The notes: a model not told the origin generated them from the letters alone. A DNA stretch of 32,000 nt from Pyrodictium abyssi (GCF_036323395.1 NZ_AP028907.1:1080001-1112000), one strand, 5' to 3'; positions 1 to 9,754 are shown, counted from the first letter of the stretch. Translations and numbers: made by a program.

Positions 1-164
1 AGCGAGCCTCCGGAGGTCCTCGAGCTCGCGGCGCTCCGCGAGGAGAGTCTCCACCAGGCTCCCTGGAGACCCGGCGGGCCCGGGCCCCCCTTTATCCGGG
101 TTCCGGTTGCCGGCGAGTCCGGGACTCGTGATACCCGCTTCCCACAGCCCGACACAATCCAACA

Positions 165-1112
165 TTATCGATACTCCCGGATTACCCCGCGTAGCAGCCT
201 ATGCTGCAACAGCCTACGGTGCACAGCCATAACCTGGCCGTCCTCGCCCCGGAAGGCGAGCACGCCAGCCCAGTAGTCCACCACGCGGAGCCTCCGGCCC
301 AGCAGCTTCACCGGGTCGGCCACGCGCCTGGCCGAGAGCAGCCAGCCGGGTTCCCGCGGCGCCACGGCGTAGGCGCGGAACCTCCCCTCGAGGCCCAGGC
401 TGGCTAGCATCCTCGCGAGCCTCTCCGCGGCCCTCGTCCAGCCGTCCTCCTCCTGGAGCCGGGTGAGCGCCCCAGCTGCTAGCCTGAACCTCTCCTCCAG
501 CCTCGCAGCCGCGCCCTCCGTGGCCAGCCTCATCCTGCCGAGCCGCTTCTCGGTCTCTCTCGCGTCTAGCAGCCCGCCCTCGTAGACCCGGGCGGCGGCT
601 ACGTGTGGCTGCTCGGCTATTCTCCATAGCAGCCTCCAGCTCTGGGTAAGCCCTACCTTGACCCTAGAGCCGCCGTAGTCCAGCACGTAGACGGCGAACT
701 CCTCGCCAGGATTCAGCCGGTGCGCCTCGAGGCATGCAGGCTCGTGGCCCTGGGCGCAGCGCTCGTAGAGGGCCTTCCAGCTACCCCGGTGCAGCACGCA
801 GTAGCCGTCCCGAGTAACAGCCCTGTTGACGCAATACCGGTGGCTCAGTGGCTCACCACGGGGTCCCTCGTGGAACCTGCAGAGAAGGTCCCCGAGCCCC
901 TCCACGGCTATGACGGGGCTCCAGGCCACCGATACGCTGCGGCTCGGCGGCTCCTGGACGAGGAGCCCCACCCGCGCGACCCTGGACACCTCGAGGTCTA
1001 GCTCTACGCGCGGGCCGCCGCCGAGCCAGGAGTCCAGCCCGCTGCCACGGGCCTCCGCGTGGAACAGGCCCAGCGGCTCGGCCTCGAAGACTACGGCGCG
1101 CAGTACTGGCAC
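165..1112 (-). CDS. DUF2797-family protein
   Basis: 315-aa ORF with Cys/His pattern (LCRFHEG...HRYCVNRAVTRDGYCVLHRGSWKALYERCAQGHEPACLEAHR) followed by KVGLT...RIAEQ, typical of DUF2797. Confidence 0.75.
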   Translation of the reverse strand: MPVLRAVVFEAEPLGLFHAEARGSGLDSWLGGGPRVELDLEVSRVARVGLLVQEPPSRSVSVAWSPVIAVEGLGDLLCRFHEGPRGEPLSHRYCVNRAVTRDGYCVLHRGSWKALYERCAQGHEPACLEAHRLNPGEEFAVYVLDYGGSRVKVGLTQSWRLLWRIAEQPHVAAARVYEGGLLDARETEKRLGRMRLATEGAAARLEERFRLAAGALTRLQEEDGWTRAAERLARMLASLGLEGRFRAYAVAPREPGWLLSARRVADPVKLLGRRLRVVDYWAGVLAFRGEDGQVMAVHRRLLQHRLLRGVIREYR

Positions 1113-1213
1113 AGCTGTCCCGGCCCCCTACGCGGCGACGGCGGCTCAAGCCCCCCGGCTTAAATACCCGCTCGTGCCGCCCCTAGAATAGCTACCAGCG
1201 GTGGCTCCGGGAT

Positions 1214-1954
1214 ATGCCCAGGATGCCTCTCACGGTAGACAGGGTACAGGAGTTCATAGGCGAGACAGTCTACGACCCCTATGGCCGCGTCGCTGGCAGG
1301 CTTGTGAGCTTCGAAAGCGACGTGGACGGTACTGTCCAGAATGTGGTCGTAGAGACAGAGTCCAGGGATATACGCTTCATACCAGCTGAGGCCATAGAGA
1401 TCAAGGATGGTCGTGTCATAGTCTGGCCCGAGTGGAAGGTGGTAGCCTACAAGGTGATAGCGAGCTACCAGCGCGCCCTCAAGAGGCTCAAGGGTCTAGA
1501 GGACATGTACAGCCGCAACGAGATACCCAGCGTAGTCTACCACGAGATGAGGAAGAGGCTCAACGCGAGCATATCCAAGCTCAAGGACGAGGCTAAGAAG
1601 CTCCGCGAGATGATAACCCAAAGGATGCACGAAATAGAGGATAGCAACCTCAAGCTAGACCGCGCCATAGCAAACCTCAAGGTCTCCTACATGGCGGGCG
1701 AGATAGGCGAGAAGGCCTACAAGACAGCCATAGAGCACCTACGCGGCGCAAAGGACAGCAACGCCAGGGAGCTAGAGGACCTAAAGTCGACCAAGAACAA
1801 GGTAGAGGCCCTCGAGAACGGCGCCCTAGACCTCGTAAAGTCCAGAACGTCAGAGTCCAAGGCCGAGGACAAGAAGCAGCCGGAGCCGGCAAAGGCCCCG
1901 GCGTCGCCGATACAGGGGCTGCAGCCGATACCCGTCAAGGTAATCGAGGGCTAA
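1214..1954 (+). CDS. cdvA: Cell division protein CdvA
   Basis: N-terminal PRC-barrel-like segment (GETVYDPYGRVAGRLVSFESDVDGTVQNVVVE) followed by a long coiled coil; next to a CdvB homologue. Confidence 0.88.
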   Translation: MPRMPLTVDRVQEFIGETVYDPYGRVAGRLVSFESDVDGTVQNVVVETESRDIRFIPAEAIEIKDGRVIVWPEWKVVAYKVIASYQRALKRLKGLEDMYSRNEIPSVVYHEMRKRLNASISKLKDEAKKLREMITQRMHEIEDSNLKLDRAIANLKVSYMAGEIGEKAYKTAIEHLRGAKDSNARELEDLKSTKNKVEALENGALDLVKSRTSESKAEDKKQPEPAKAPASPIQGLQPIPVKVIEG

Positions 1955-2350
1955 CACCCCGGCTCCACGGGCCCCGGAGGGACCCGCGACGAGCGCTAGA
2001 CGCTCCATAGCCCCGGTTTTTACGCCGGGCCCGTTTCCGTACCCCTCTCCTCCTGCCGCGCGGCCTCCCCTCCTCTCCTCCCCCGAGCCCCGTTCAGAGT
2101 ACTGCCGGCCAGCATTCCCCCACGCTTCTCACGCAGCCAGCCCGAGGCTATGGTGCAGGCTGGAGTGTTACCCGGGTATAGCCTCTACATTATATCAAGC
2201 CAGCAATCGCTGAGCAGCAGCACAGTACGTCATACAGCCATGGCCGGCGGAGGCTACGGGTATTCACCGTGTGTTAGCGGGGTGGAGGGGCTAGCTATCC
2301 ACAGTCATCGCGAATACTGTGTACGGGAGCGATAGCACCGCGACAATTAA

Positions 2351-2358
2351 GGGAGGTG
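2351..2358 (+). promoter_or_regulatory. Putative Shine-Dalgarno for cdvB
   Basis: gggaggtg a short distance upstream of the GTG at 2367. Confidence 0.5.
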
Positions 2359-2366
2359 ACCCCGCG

Positions 2367-3224
2367 GTGGCGGCGATAGTCTCACGCTTACTACAGGCCC
2401 TGGGGCTGGGGGGCCAGCGCGAGCCCAGCATACACGAGAGGATAGACCAGGTAATAGTCAGGCTCGAGCTGATAGAGGACAACGTGGCTGAGCTCCGCTA
2501 CAAGTTCGAGAAGAGGAGCCGCGAGCTCTTCGAGAAGGTGATAACGCTGCTCCGCCGCGGTGAGAAGAGCCGCGCAGCCATATACGCGGGCGAGGTCAGC
2601 CAGGTAAGGAACATACTCAAGATGGTGATGGCTGTGGAGAACCTGGTGATAATGACCAAGGAGAGGCTGAAGACCGTGAGGGATGTACGCGAGCTAGGCC
2701 AGACGCTAATGGTGTTCGGCGCAGCGCTAGAGGAGGTCAAGGACCAGGTGCGCGCTATATACCCCAACCTCAACATAGCGTTCGAGGAGCTATCCAGGAA
2801 CGTCAAGAACATGATAGTAGAGACAAGCATAGACGCCATAGGCGACATAGACCCCGCGGTGATAAGCAGTAGCGCGGTAGAAGTGCTACAGGAGGCTATG
2901 AAGAAGGCCGAGGAGAGGATAAGGAGCGAGTTCCCAGAGCCCCCGGTAGAGCCAGTGATACGGCTGCAGCCCAGCCAGCAGCAGGCAGCAGCGGTAGCGC
3001 TAGCGGCCGGCCCAGGCCTACAGCCGGACGGCACAGCCAGGGGCTACGGCGGGCAGCGCCGGCCCAGCGGCGAGGAGCTCGAGAAGCTGGTGCTACAGTA
3101 CATCCGCGAGCACAACGGGTTCCTCGACATACGAGACTTCACAGCCAGGTACAACGTGCCGAAGAGCGAGGTGCTAAGAGCGCTACACAGCCTAGCCGAG
3201 AAGGGCCTCATAGCACTAGCCTAG
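2367..3224 (+). CDS. cdvB: CdvB, ESCRT-III (Snf7)-like cell division protein with C-terminal winged helix
   Basis: Charged helical Snf7-like body, proline-rich MIM-like stretch (EFPEPPVEPVIRLQP) and wHTH tail (LEKLVLQYIREHNGFLDIRDFTARYNVPKSEVLRALHSLAEKGLI). GTG at 2367 preceded by gggaggtgac; the provided ORF starts upstream at 2319. Confidence 0.88.
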   Translation: MAAIVSRLLQALGLGGQREPSIHERIDQVIVRLELIEDNVAELRYKFEKRSRELFEKVITLLRRGEKSRAAIYAGEVSQVRNILKMVMAVENLVIMTKERLKTVRDVRELGQTLMVFGAALEEVKDQVRAIYPNLNIAFEELSRNVKNMIVETSIDAIGDIDPAVISSSAVEVLQEAMKKAEERIRSEFPEPPVEPVIRLQPSQQQAAAVALAAGPGLQPDGTARGYGGQRRPSGEELEKLVLQYIREHNGFLDIRDFTARYNVPKSEVLRALHSLAEKGLIALA

Positions 3225-3305
3225 CACACCTCTTTACGGCCCCCAGCCCCAGGGCCCCTTCGCCCAGAGAGTTTTGGCCCGTGCCCTCCCATGAGGCGTC
3301 GCTCT

Positions 3306-4145
3306 CTACAGCTTCTCCAGCTCCTCTAGGGCCTCTACGGGTAGCCTCCAGCCCATGGCGCCGAGTATCTCCTGGAGATGCCCCGTCTGCTCGGTCTTGG
3401 GTATCGCTACCACCCGGGGCCTCGATATCAGGTAGTTAAGCGCCACCTGTACCGGTGTCCTGCCGAGCCTCTCCGCCACCCTCTTGACGACCGGGTGTCG
3501 GGCCACTAGCCCCCGCTCGAGCGGCGTGTAGGCCTGGATGGTCACGTTGCTGCGGAGCGCTAGGGGGAGAATCTTCTCCTCCACCTGCCCCCGGTGGAGC
3601 ACGCTATAGTGCACCTGGTTGACCACTATCTCGGCGGACGCTGTCGCCTCCAGGGCCTCCTCTAGCTGCTGGTGGTCGAAATTGCTCACGCCTATGTACC
3701 TGGCGTAGCCCCTTCCGATGGCTACGCGCTCTAGCCTCCTCACCTGCTCCGCTACCGGGAGGCCGTCGAGCGGCCAGTGTATGAGGACGAGATCCACGGT
3801 GTTCACGCCTAGCCGCCGGAGGCTAGCTCGTAGGGCGCGTTCTAGCTCCTCGGGGCTCCGGAGCCGCCACGGAAGCACCTTCGTCGTTACGAAGACGCGG
3901 TCCCGGCCCACCCTGCGGAGAAGCTCCCCCACGAGCTCCTCCGCGGCCCCATCCCCGTACATCTCGGCTGTGTCGATATTGTCTACTAGCCCCGTCTCGA
4001 CGGCCTCCACCAGGACCTCGAGGGCCCGCCGCGGGTTGCGTATAGCCCAGGTGCCGAGCCCGATGGCCGAGACACTGTCCCCGCCGATGGGCTTACGGTC
4101 GCTCGGGTCCACGGGGAACAACGGCACAGATAGGCACCCCGGCAC
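3306..4145 (-). CDS. Aldo/keto reductase
   Basis: GLGTWAI, DTAEMYGDGAAEELVGELL, TKVLPW, YIGVSNF, NQVHYSVLHR, AIPKTE motifs. Confidence 0.92.
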   Translation of the reverse strand: MPGCLSVPLFPVDPSDRKPIGGDSVSAIGLGTWAIRNPRRALEVLVEAVETGLVDNIDTAEMYGDGAAEELVGELLRRVGRDRVFVTTKVLPWRLRSPEELERALRASLRRLGVNTVDLVLIHWPLDGLPVAEQVRRLERVAIGRGYARYIGVSNFDHQQLEEALEATASAEIVVNQVHYSVLHRGQVEEKILPLALRSNVTIQAYTPLERGLVARHPVVKRVAERLGRTPVQVALNYLISRPRVVAIPKTEQTGHLQEILGAMGWRLPVEALEELEKL

Positions 4146-4311
4146 TATGCACGCTCCTGGGGCCGCTATACTCCTTAGCGGTGCTGCGGAGCCCTCTACG
4201 CCCCTGTGCCCCTGGGCCGCTAGGCTCTGGGGACGAGCGTAGCGTGTTAAGGGACGTGCTGGCCGCGCCCTGGGCTCCGCGCACGGTATGCGGGAGCTGG
4301 AGCACCACGTC

Positions 4312-5118
4312 TTATCGTGGCTGCGTGGCCCGCCTCTGGCGCTGTGTGTAGGCCCTCATGGTTATCCATGCGGCGGCTAGCGCGTGGGCGAGCGAGAGGG
4401 CGAGAAGAGCCGCCCCGGCGGCCGCGTAGCCTGCTACGAGGGCGGCAGAGGCCATCGACGCCAGGCCAGCCGAGACGGGGACGAGGGTGGCGAGCCATGC
4501 TACCTCCCCGGGCTCTAGCCAGGGCTGGTGGTAGGCCTCCGGCCGGGCTAGGCTCAGGTAGGCCAGGTAGAGCGCCGCGAACGGCTCGAGCCCCACGACC
4601 ACGGCGGCAGCGGGCATACCCTCCTCTAGCAGGCCAGCGGCAGCCATAGCGCAGGCTGCGAGGCCCAGGATAGGCACCACAGCAGCTAGAACGGGGTAGC
4701 GGGGCCTCGGTAGCTCCCCGGCCGGGGGCTCTAGCGGCTGCTCCTCGCCTATCAGGGCCTTCTCCGCTGTACGCGACGCGTAGGATACCAGCAGGGGGAG
4801 GGCCACGAGAGGGAGCACAACTAGGGCTATGACGCACGCCATGAAGCCCCAGACGAGCCCCACAGCCATTGCGGCGAGCCCTGTGGCGGCGAGCACTACT
4901 CCGGAGACGCGGTTGGCCTTCACCCACGCCTCGCGGCTCGTAAAGGTGTAGCCCACGCGGAACCCTATCAACGGGTTCTGCTCGAGCCGGTCAGCCACCA
5001 GCGCTAGGGCGAGCCCGGGAAGCGCGAGCATGAGCCCCGCGGAGACCACTTGGTAGGCTTCGCAGCCGGTCACTGGCACGAGGAGCCACCCCGGGGAGGG
5101 GCCCAGGGAGACCTTCAA
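4312..5118 (-). CDS. SdpI/YfhL-family multi-pass membrane protein
   Basis: NPLIGFRVGYTFTSREAWVKANRVSG motif plus many hydrophobic segments. Confidence 0.6.
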   Translation of the reverse strand: MKVSLGPSPGWLLVPVTGCEAYQVVSAGLMLALPGLALALVADRLEQNPLIGFRVGYTFTSREAWVKANRVSGVVLAATGLAAMAVGLVWGFMACVIALVVLPLVALPLLVSYASRTAEKALIGEEQPLEPPAGELPRPRYPVLAAVVPILGLAACAMAAAGLLEEGMPAAAVVVGLEPFAALYLAYLSLARPEAYHQPWLEPGEVAWLATLVPVSAGLASMASAALVAGYAAAGAALLALSLAHALAAAWITMRAYTQRQRRATQPR

Positions 5119-5389
5119 CTGGACGGCTCTATAGTACTTCTCTGTGGCCCTCGCTACCCGGTGCTAGGGCATCAGGCCCTCCCTGCATCCCCCGGCCGGG
5201 GCGGCCGCGCATAGCTCTCTCGTCGGCGACCCCCGGGGGCTCGCCTAGAGAAGGCTGTGGCTGAGGACGGGGCCTACTGGTATGCTATATAGCGTCCTAG
5301 CGCCTGGAATACCGTAGACCCGGCCTACGCGGCGCCTGCAGACGCCTCCACTGTAGAGGAGGCTCCGTGGCACGGGGCGGGAAAGAGGA

Positions 5390-5959
5390 ATGGAGTGCTG
5401 CGTACTCCCCGGCTCCTGGATAGTAGCTCACATGTACACGGCGTATCTCGTCTTCGCGGCGGTCATAGCGTTGATGCTCGGCTTATGGGTCTACGCCAGG
5501 AGGAGGGTCAAGAGCAAGGAAGCCGTCGACATAGTAATGGCCTCCACAGTGGTGCCCATGATACTCCTATTCGCTTCCCTAGGCCCCCTATGCTGGAGAG
5601 GAGACTACGGCGTAGTCCTGGACGGCCACACGCTGAGGATACGCTTCTACGAGGACCGGACGGTGAGCTTAGACATCTGCAATACTAGCGTAAGCCTCGT
5701 GCCCCTAGAGAAGGCTAGGGAGATGGTGACGCTACGGGTCAACGGCGTAGACGACCCCCTAGGCGGGGTACACGCTGGCTACTACAGGCTAGCCAGCGGC
5801 CAGGGAGAAGCAATGGTGCTCGTGGCAGGCGGCACGGAGGAAGCCATGGTGATGACCGGGGACGGGAAAACCGTCATCATAGGCCTCCCCTGCATCGATG
5901 AATGCTTCCAGGAGATAACACGCCTCAAAGAGGAGATATGCAGAGGGACACAAGGCTAG
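5390..5959 (+). CDS. Hypothetical membrane-anchored protein (PH-like domain possible)
   Basis: 189-aa ORF with two N-terminal hydrophobic segments then a beta-rich soluble part; in-frame alternative ATG near 5432. Confidence 0.55.
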   Translation: MECCVLPGSWIVAHMYTAYLVFAAVIALMLGLWVYARRRVKSKEAVDIVMASTVVPMILLFASLGPLCWRGDYGVVLDGHTLRIRFYEDRTVSLDICNTSVSLVPLEKAREMVTLRVNGVDDPLGGVHAGYYRLASGQGEAMVLVAGGTEEAMVMTGDGKTVIIGLPCIDECFQEITRLKEEICRGTQG

Positions 5960-6027
5960 AGCATCATCCGGCTACATGGGGCTAGGCCGGGCTAAGGCAA
6001 CGGCTACAGCGGGAGGGGCACAGCATC

Positions 6028-6906
6028 TTGGACAAAGGCGTCGTGGTTAGGGAGGCTGATAGGGGAGACTGTAGCGGGCTCCTGGACGTACACTGCCCCT
6101 GGGCCCGGGGTCTGCCCCGCGGGGAGAGGCTCCGGCGCTGCGGCTGGTGGGCCGACCGAGAGGCATGCGAGTTCTACCTTGGCCTCTACCGGAGGCTAGG
6201 AGGCGAAGTGCTCGTAGCCGTAGCCGGCGGCACCGTGGCTGGCGAGGCTGAGCTACTTCCCCACGACGACTGCCTACTAGGCCCCAGCGTCTACATCAAC
6301 GTGCTGTGGGTCCGCGGGGACATGAGGAGACGGGGCGTAGGCAGGAGGCTCGTCGAGGCAGCCGCGGAGTGGGCCCAGGGGAGGGGCTACAGCCGGCTAG
6401 ACGTCATCCCCGAGGACGGCTCAGAGGGCTTCTACGCGAAGATGGGGTTCACGCGCCGCGTAGAGCAGGTCAAGGCGGTGAAGCCTCTAGAGCGGGGAAG
6501 CGGCGGGGCCACGTCCCATGCCCGGAGCCTCGGCCTCCAGGAGGCCCCAGAGGGCATGGCCCTGGTAGCGGGGGTCTACAGGCCCGGGCTCTACACCTGG
6601 TACACTGCTTGGCTGGACACCTACACCAGGGCCTGGAGGCCCCAGGCCTACCAGCTAGGCCTAGACGGCGAGCCCGTTGTACTGCTCGACCCTTTCAGCG
6701 AGGGAAGGGCGTCGATAATCGCGTGGACACGCGGCAGGCCAGATCCCGGGCTGCTGGAGACGGTCCTGGCGGCCGCGGAGGAGCTGGCAGTAGCTGCGGG
6801 CGTCTGGGAGGTCTTCGTCCAGACATGGGAGTGGTACGAGCCCGTCCTAGCTAGGCGGGAGTACCGGGTGATAGACAAGGCTCCCTGGCTCAGCCGTAGG
6901 CTCTAA
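6028..6906 (+). CDS. GNAT-family N-acetyltransferase
   Basis: YINVLWVRGDMRRRGVGRRLVEAAAEWAQGRGYSRLDVIPEDGSEGFYAKMGF (acetyl-CoA binding motif). Confidence 0.82.
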   Translation: MDKGVVVREADRGDCSGLLDVHCPWARGLPRGERLRRCGWWADREACEFYLGLYRRLGGEVLVAVAGGTVAGEAELLPHDDCLLGPSVYINVLWVRGDMRRRGVGRRLVEAAAEWAQGRGYSRLDVIPEDGSEGFYAKMGFTRRVEQVKAVKPLERGSGGATSHARSLGLQEAPEGMALVAGVYRPGLYTWYTAWLDTYTRAWRPQAYQLGLDGEPVVLLDPFSEGRASIIAWTRGRPDPGLLETVLAAAEELAVAAGVWEVFVQTWEWYEPVLARREYRVIDKAPWLSRRL

Positions 6907-6953
6907 CGCCAAGGGACGGTCCCCTCTTGGTGCGCCTCCTCCGGGGGCCAGGG

Positions 6954-7580
6954 CTACCTCGCTGCTATGCCCCAGTCGACTAGGGCTGAGTGTATCATCG
7001 AGGCGCCTACGCCCGCCACGAAGAGCGACGTTATTCTCATAAGCACCCTCATCGTGCTCCGGCCGACGAACCGGAGCACAGCCTCAGCTGCGAGGAGGAA
7101 CGCCCACACAGTAGCAGCAGCGGCCACAATGGCGGCTATCAGCGCTATCCTGTTCCCCTCAGCGGCGAAGACTATCACGTAGGTCATTGTGGCCGGGCCT
7201 ACGAGCAGCGGCATAGTGAGGGGTACGAGCGCGGCGTCACGCGGGTCCGGGGTCTGCGTCTTCGGGTGGCCCTCCAGCCGGTGCAGCGCAATGCCCAGCA
7301 GCACTATGCCTCCCGCGAACCGGAACTCGTCTACGCTTATCATGTAGAGCTTTAACAGCAGGTCGCCGGTGAACGCCACCAGGAACAGCAGCGCCACTAC
7401 CACCATGGTTACTAGGTTTGCTAGCCTCCTCCTCTCCCAGGGATGCAGCTTCTCCACTATGTCCAGGAATATCGGGGCGGCGCCGAACGGGTTCATTATG
7501 AAGACCAGCGTAGCGTAGTACGAGATAAACTGGCTTAGCAGCCCCGTGTCGATCACGGCGCCGCCCCCTCGCCCCGGCAC
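6954..7580 (-). CDS. MarC family integral membrane protein
   Basis: VFIMNPFGAAPIFLDI, GGIVLLGIALHRL, ALVPLTMPLLVGPATMTYVIV typical of MarC/UPF0056. Confidence 0.87.
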   Translation of the reverse strand: MPGRGGGAVIDTGLLSQFISYYATLVFIMNPFGAAPIFLDIVEKLHPWERRRLANLVTMVVVALLFLVAFTGDLLLKLYMISVDEFRFAGGIVLLGIALHRLEGHPKTQTPDPRDAALVPLTMPLLVGPATMTYVIVFAAEGNRIALIAAIVAAAATVWAFLLAAEAVLRFVGRSTMRVLMRITSLFVAGVGASMIHSALVDWGIAAR

Positions 7581-7821
7581 CCTAGCCCTGTCTCCTGGAC
7601 CGGAGGTGATCTCCCCCGGCTCTCCTGGAGCCGTGGGACCTAATGTAGCCTATCGCCCGGCCCCTGGGCAGCGCCCGGCGGCTGTAGCTGTGTATCGTAC
7701 CGTGACCCAGGGATGCATGCAAGCTGCTAGGGGTGCACCTCAATACTCTCCAGGAACGGTCAAGGAGGGCAAGATAAAGCCCGTATACACGCTCAACTGG
7801 GCACAGAGGGCGGGCATCCCC

Positions 7822-8503
7822 ATGATGCTGGTGCTAGTGTACGCGGTTGGCCTCACACTAGCAGTACTCATCCCTTCGAGCATAGTGGCCACCCTCGTAG
7901 CTAGGATGCGCGGCGGAGAGCAAGGCCTAGCTGAGGGCCTCGCCATGCAGTGCTCCTTCGCGTTGCTCTCCCTCGCTGCGGCCTACCTGGTAGCCAGGGG
8001 CCCCGGGCTGCTCGGAGACACATCGCTCCCGGCGCGGGCCTCGCTACAGGGGCTCGTCGCGGCCGCAATAATGGCGGCAGCGGTCTACGCCTTCAATAGG
8101 AGGGTGGGCGTCCACCGCTACATGCCGGCGAAGCTGGAGAGCCTATGGGAGTACGTGGCGCTACTACTCCTGGCTGCGCCGGTAGGCGAGGAGCTACTCT
8201 TCCGCGGCCTAGTAGAAGGCTACCTCACTAGAAGCCGGGGCAGGACTAGCCGTGGCGGTGGCCCTGCCCGCTTTACTGTTCTCGCTAGTCCACATGGCGC
8301 CCTACCGGAGTGCCCCTCCCTGGTACACAGCAGCCGTACTGGCTGTGGCTCTCGCCGTCGGCGTGGCTGCGGGCTACTACCGGGCGGCCACGGGCTCCAT
8401 ACTACTGCCGATACTCATCCACTCCATAGTGAACCTCGGCGGCATCGCAGCAGTCAGGAGAATGATCGCAGCCGGGCTCGGGAACCATAAAGTAGCGGCT
8501 TAG
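7822..8503 (+). pseudogene. CPBP/CAAX-type intramembrane metalloprotease, frameshifted
   Basis: Frame 1 has APVGEELLFRGLVEGYLTR (motif 1). Motif 2 (LLFSLVHMAPY) and motif 3 (LLPILIHSIVNLGG) are in frame 2 from about 8225. Start is uncertain; the provided ORF starts at 7546. Confidence 0.7.
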
Positions 8504-8525
8504 AGGGCCCGGCCTGGGAGGTGCA

Positions 8526-8882
8526 GTGCGCGTGGACGGAGAGAGTCACGTCACAGCCAGGATATGGTACGGCAGAGTGCCCAGCCCCCAGGCCGAGGCC
8601 TACCGGGGGTTCCTCATAGAGCGGGCTGTCCCCGACTACGAGCCCGTAGAGGGCAACCTTGGCGTATATATCCTGGAGCGCAGGGAGGGCGACGTGACGC
8701 ATTTCCTCGTCATCTCGTTCTGGGAGAGCATGGACGCTATAAAGAGGTTTGCGGGAGACGACGTGGAGGCCGCCAAGTACTACGAGGAGGACAGGGAGTT
8801 CCTCCTAGAGTTCGAGCCCCGGGTCCAGCACTACACTGTCGTCTGGCGCTCCTGGAGGTCCCCCGGCAAGGCCCAGGGCTAG
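8526..8882 (+). CDS. Antibiotic biosynthesis monooxygenase (ABM)-like domain protein
   Basis: ARIWYGRVPSPQAEAYRGFLIERAVPDY...NLGVYILERREGDVTHFLVISFWESMDAIKRFAGDD pattern. Confidence 0.6.
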   Translation: MRVDGESHVTARIWYGRVPSPQAEAYRGFLIERAVPDYEPVEGNLGVYILERREGDVTHFLVISFWESMDAIKRFAGDDVEAAKYYEEDREFLLEFEPRVQHYTVVWRSWRSPGKAQG

Positions 8883-8900
8883 GCCACGCCCCTACTTCCC

Positions 8901-9251
8901 CTATCCTGCTATCGTGTTACGCTGTCTTGCGGCGCGGGCAAGGCCCAGGTCGTCTCGTAGCACCACTCCGTGGACTACGGCCTCTACGGCCAGGGGGTTA
9001 CGCCGGCTCAGCATCTCCTCAAACTCCTCGGGCGTCCAGGCCACCACCTCATAGCCCGGTGGAGCGTCTACGGCTATGAGCCTCTCGGGAACCCGGAGCC
9101 CCCGGAACCTGGGCGAAATCAGGATCACGTCCACGTCGCTCCAGGCGTTGAAGTCGCCGCGCGCGTAGCTCCCCACGAGTATAGCTGTCAGGGGGCCCGG
9201 GAGCGCCTGGGCCCAGTGCTTCGCAGCCTCTACGACCCGGAGCCTCTCCAT
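8901..9251 (-). CDS. MNT-type nucleotidyltransferase domain protein (HEPN/MNT partner)
   Basis: AILVGSYARGDFNAWSDVDVILIS signature; ATG at 9251 suits the overlap with the HEPN gene better than the 9374 start. Confidence 0.8.
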   Translation of the reverse strand: MERLRVVEAAKHWAQALPGPLTAILVGSYARGDFNAWSDVDVILISPRFRGLRVPERLIAVDAPPGYEVVAWTPEEFEEMLSRRNPLAVEAVVHGVVLRDDLGLARAARQRNTIAG

Positions 9252-9670
9252 GCGACGGCGCTGGATAACCTTCTCCAAAGTCCTTTCACCCACTCTATCA
9301 CGCTGCGGGCGCACTCTATTGCCCTGTCCGCGTCCCTCTGCGTATAGTAGTAGTGCGGCGGTCCCTCGCTCCACGCGTCCGGGTACCGGGTCGGGATGTA
9401 GAGCTTGTCGAGAAGCTTACCACACTCCAGGATCCCCGGAGGCAGCTCAGCCCCAAGCTCCTCCTGGAGCCTCTCTAGCAGCTTAGCCACGCTATGGCCA
9501 AAGACGGGCCTGCCGATGCCGTAGAAGAGGCCCTTGACGGCTAGCTCGGCGGCTTGCTGGGCCTTGAAGCAGGCCCAGTTGTAGTCGCCGCGCTCCCGGT
9601 CACCCTCCGCTGAGCCCAGGGTCCTCACCGCTGCCTCAAGCCACCGGCTATACTCGGGCTGGTCAAGCAT
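9230..9670 (-). CDS. HEPN domain protein
   Basis: RERGDYNWACFKAQQAAELAVKGLFY...GHSVAKLL...LDKLYIPTRYPDAW matches the archaeal HEPN pattern. Confidence 0.85.
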   Translation of the reverse strand: MLDQPEYSRWLEAAVRTLGSAEGDRERGDYNWACFKAQQAAELAVKGLFYGIGRPVFGHSVAKLLERLQEELGAELPPGILECGKLLDKLYIPTRYPDAWSEGPPHYYYTQRDADRAIECARSVIEWVKGLWRRLSSAVAWRGSGS

Positions 9671-9754
9671 TACACCGTGGCCCCGAGCCCTAGTAAGGCT
9701 CCTCGGAGCCCTATAACGGGCCCGCCCTGGCAGGAGTGGGCGTCACTAAGGCTA

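Noticed and set aside
2498-3034. 178-aa ORF on - opposite cdvB
   Set aside because: Antisense of the Snf7-like coding region; Ser/Thr/Leu-rich composition typical of shadow frames.
3718-4242. 174-aa ORF on + opposite the aldo/keto reductase
   Set aside because: Antisense Ser/Thr/Arg-rich shadow ORF with no recognisable domain.
4247-4927. 226-aa ORF on + opposite the SdpI-like gene
   Set aside because: Arg/Gly/Pro-rich antisense shadow ORF.
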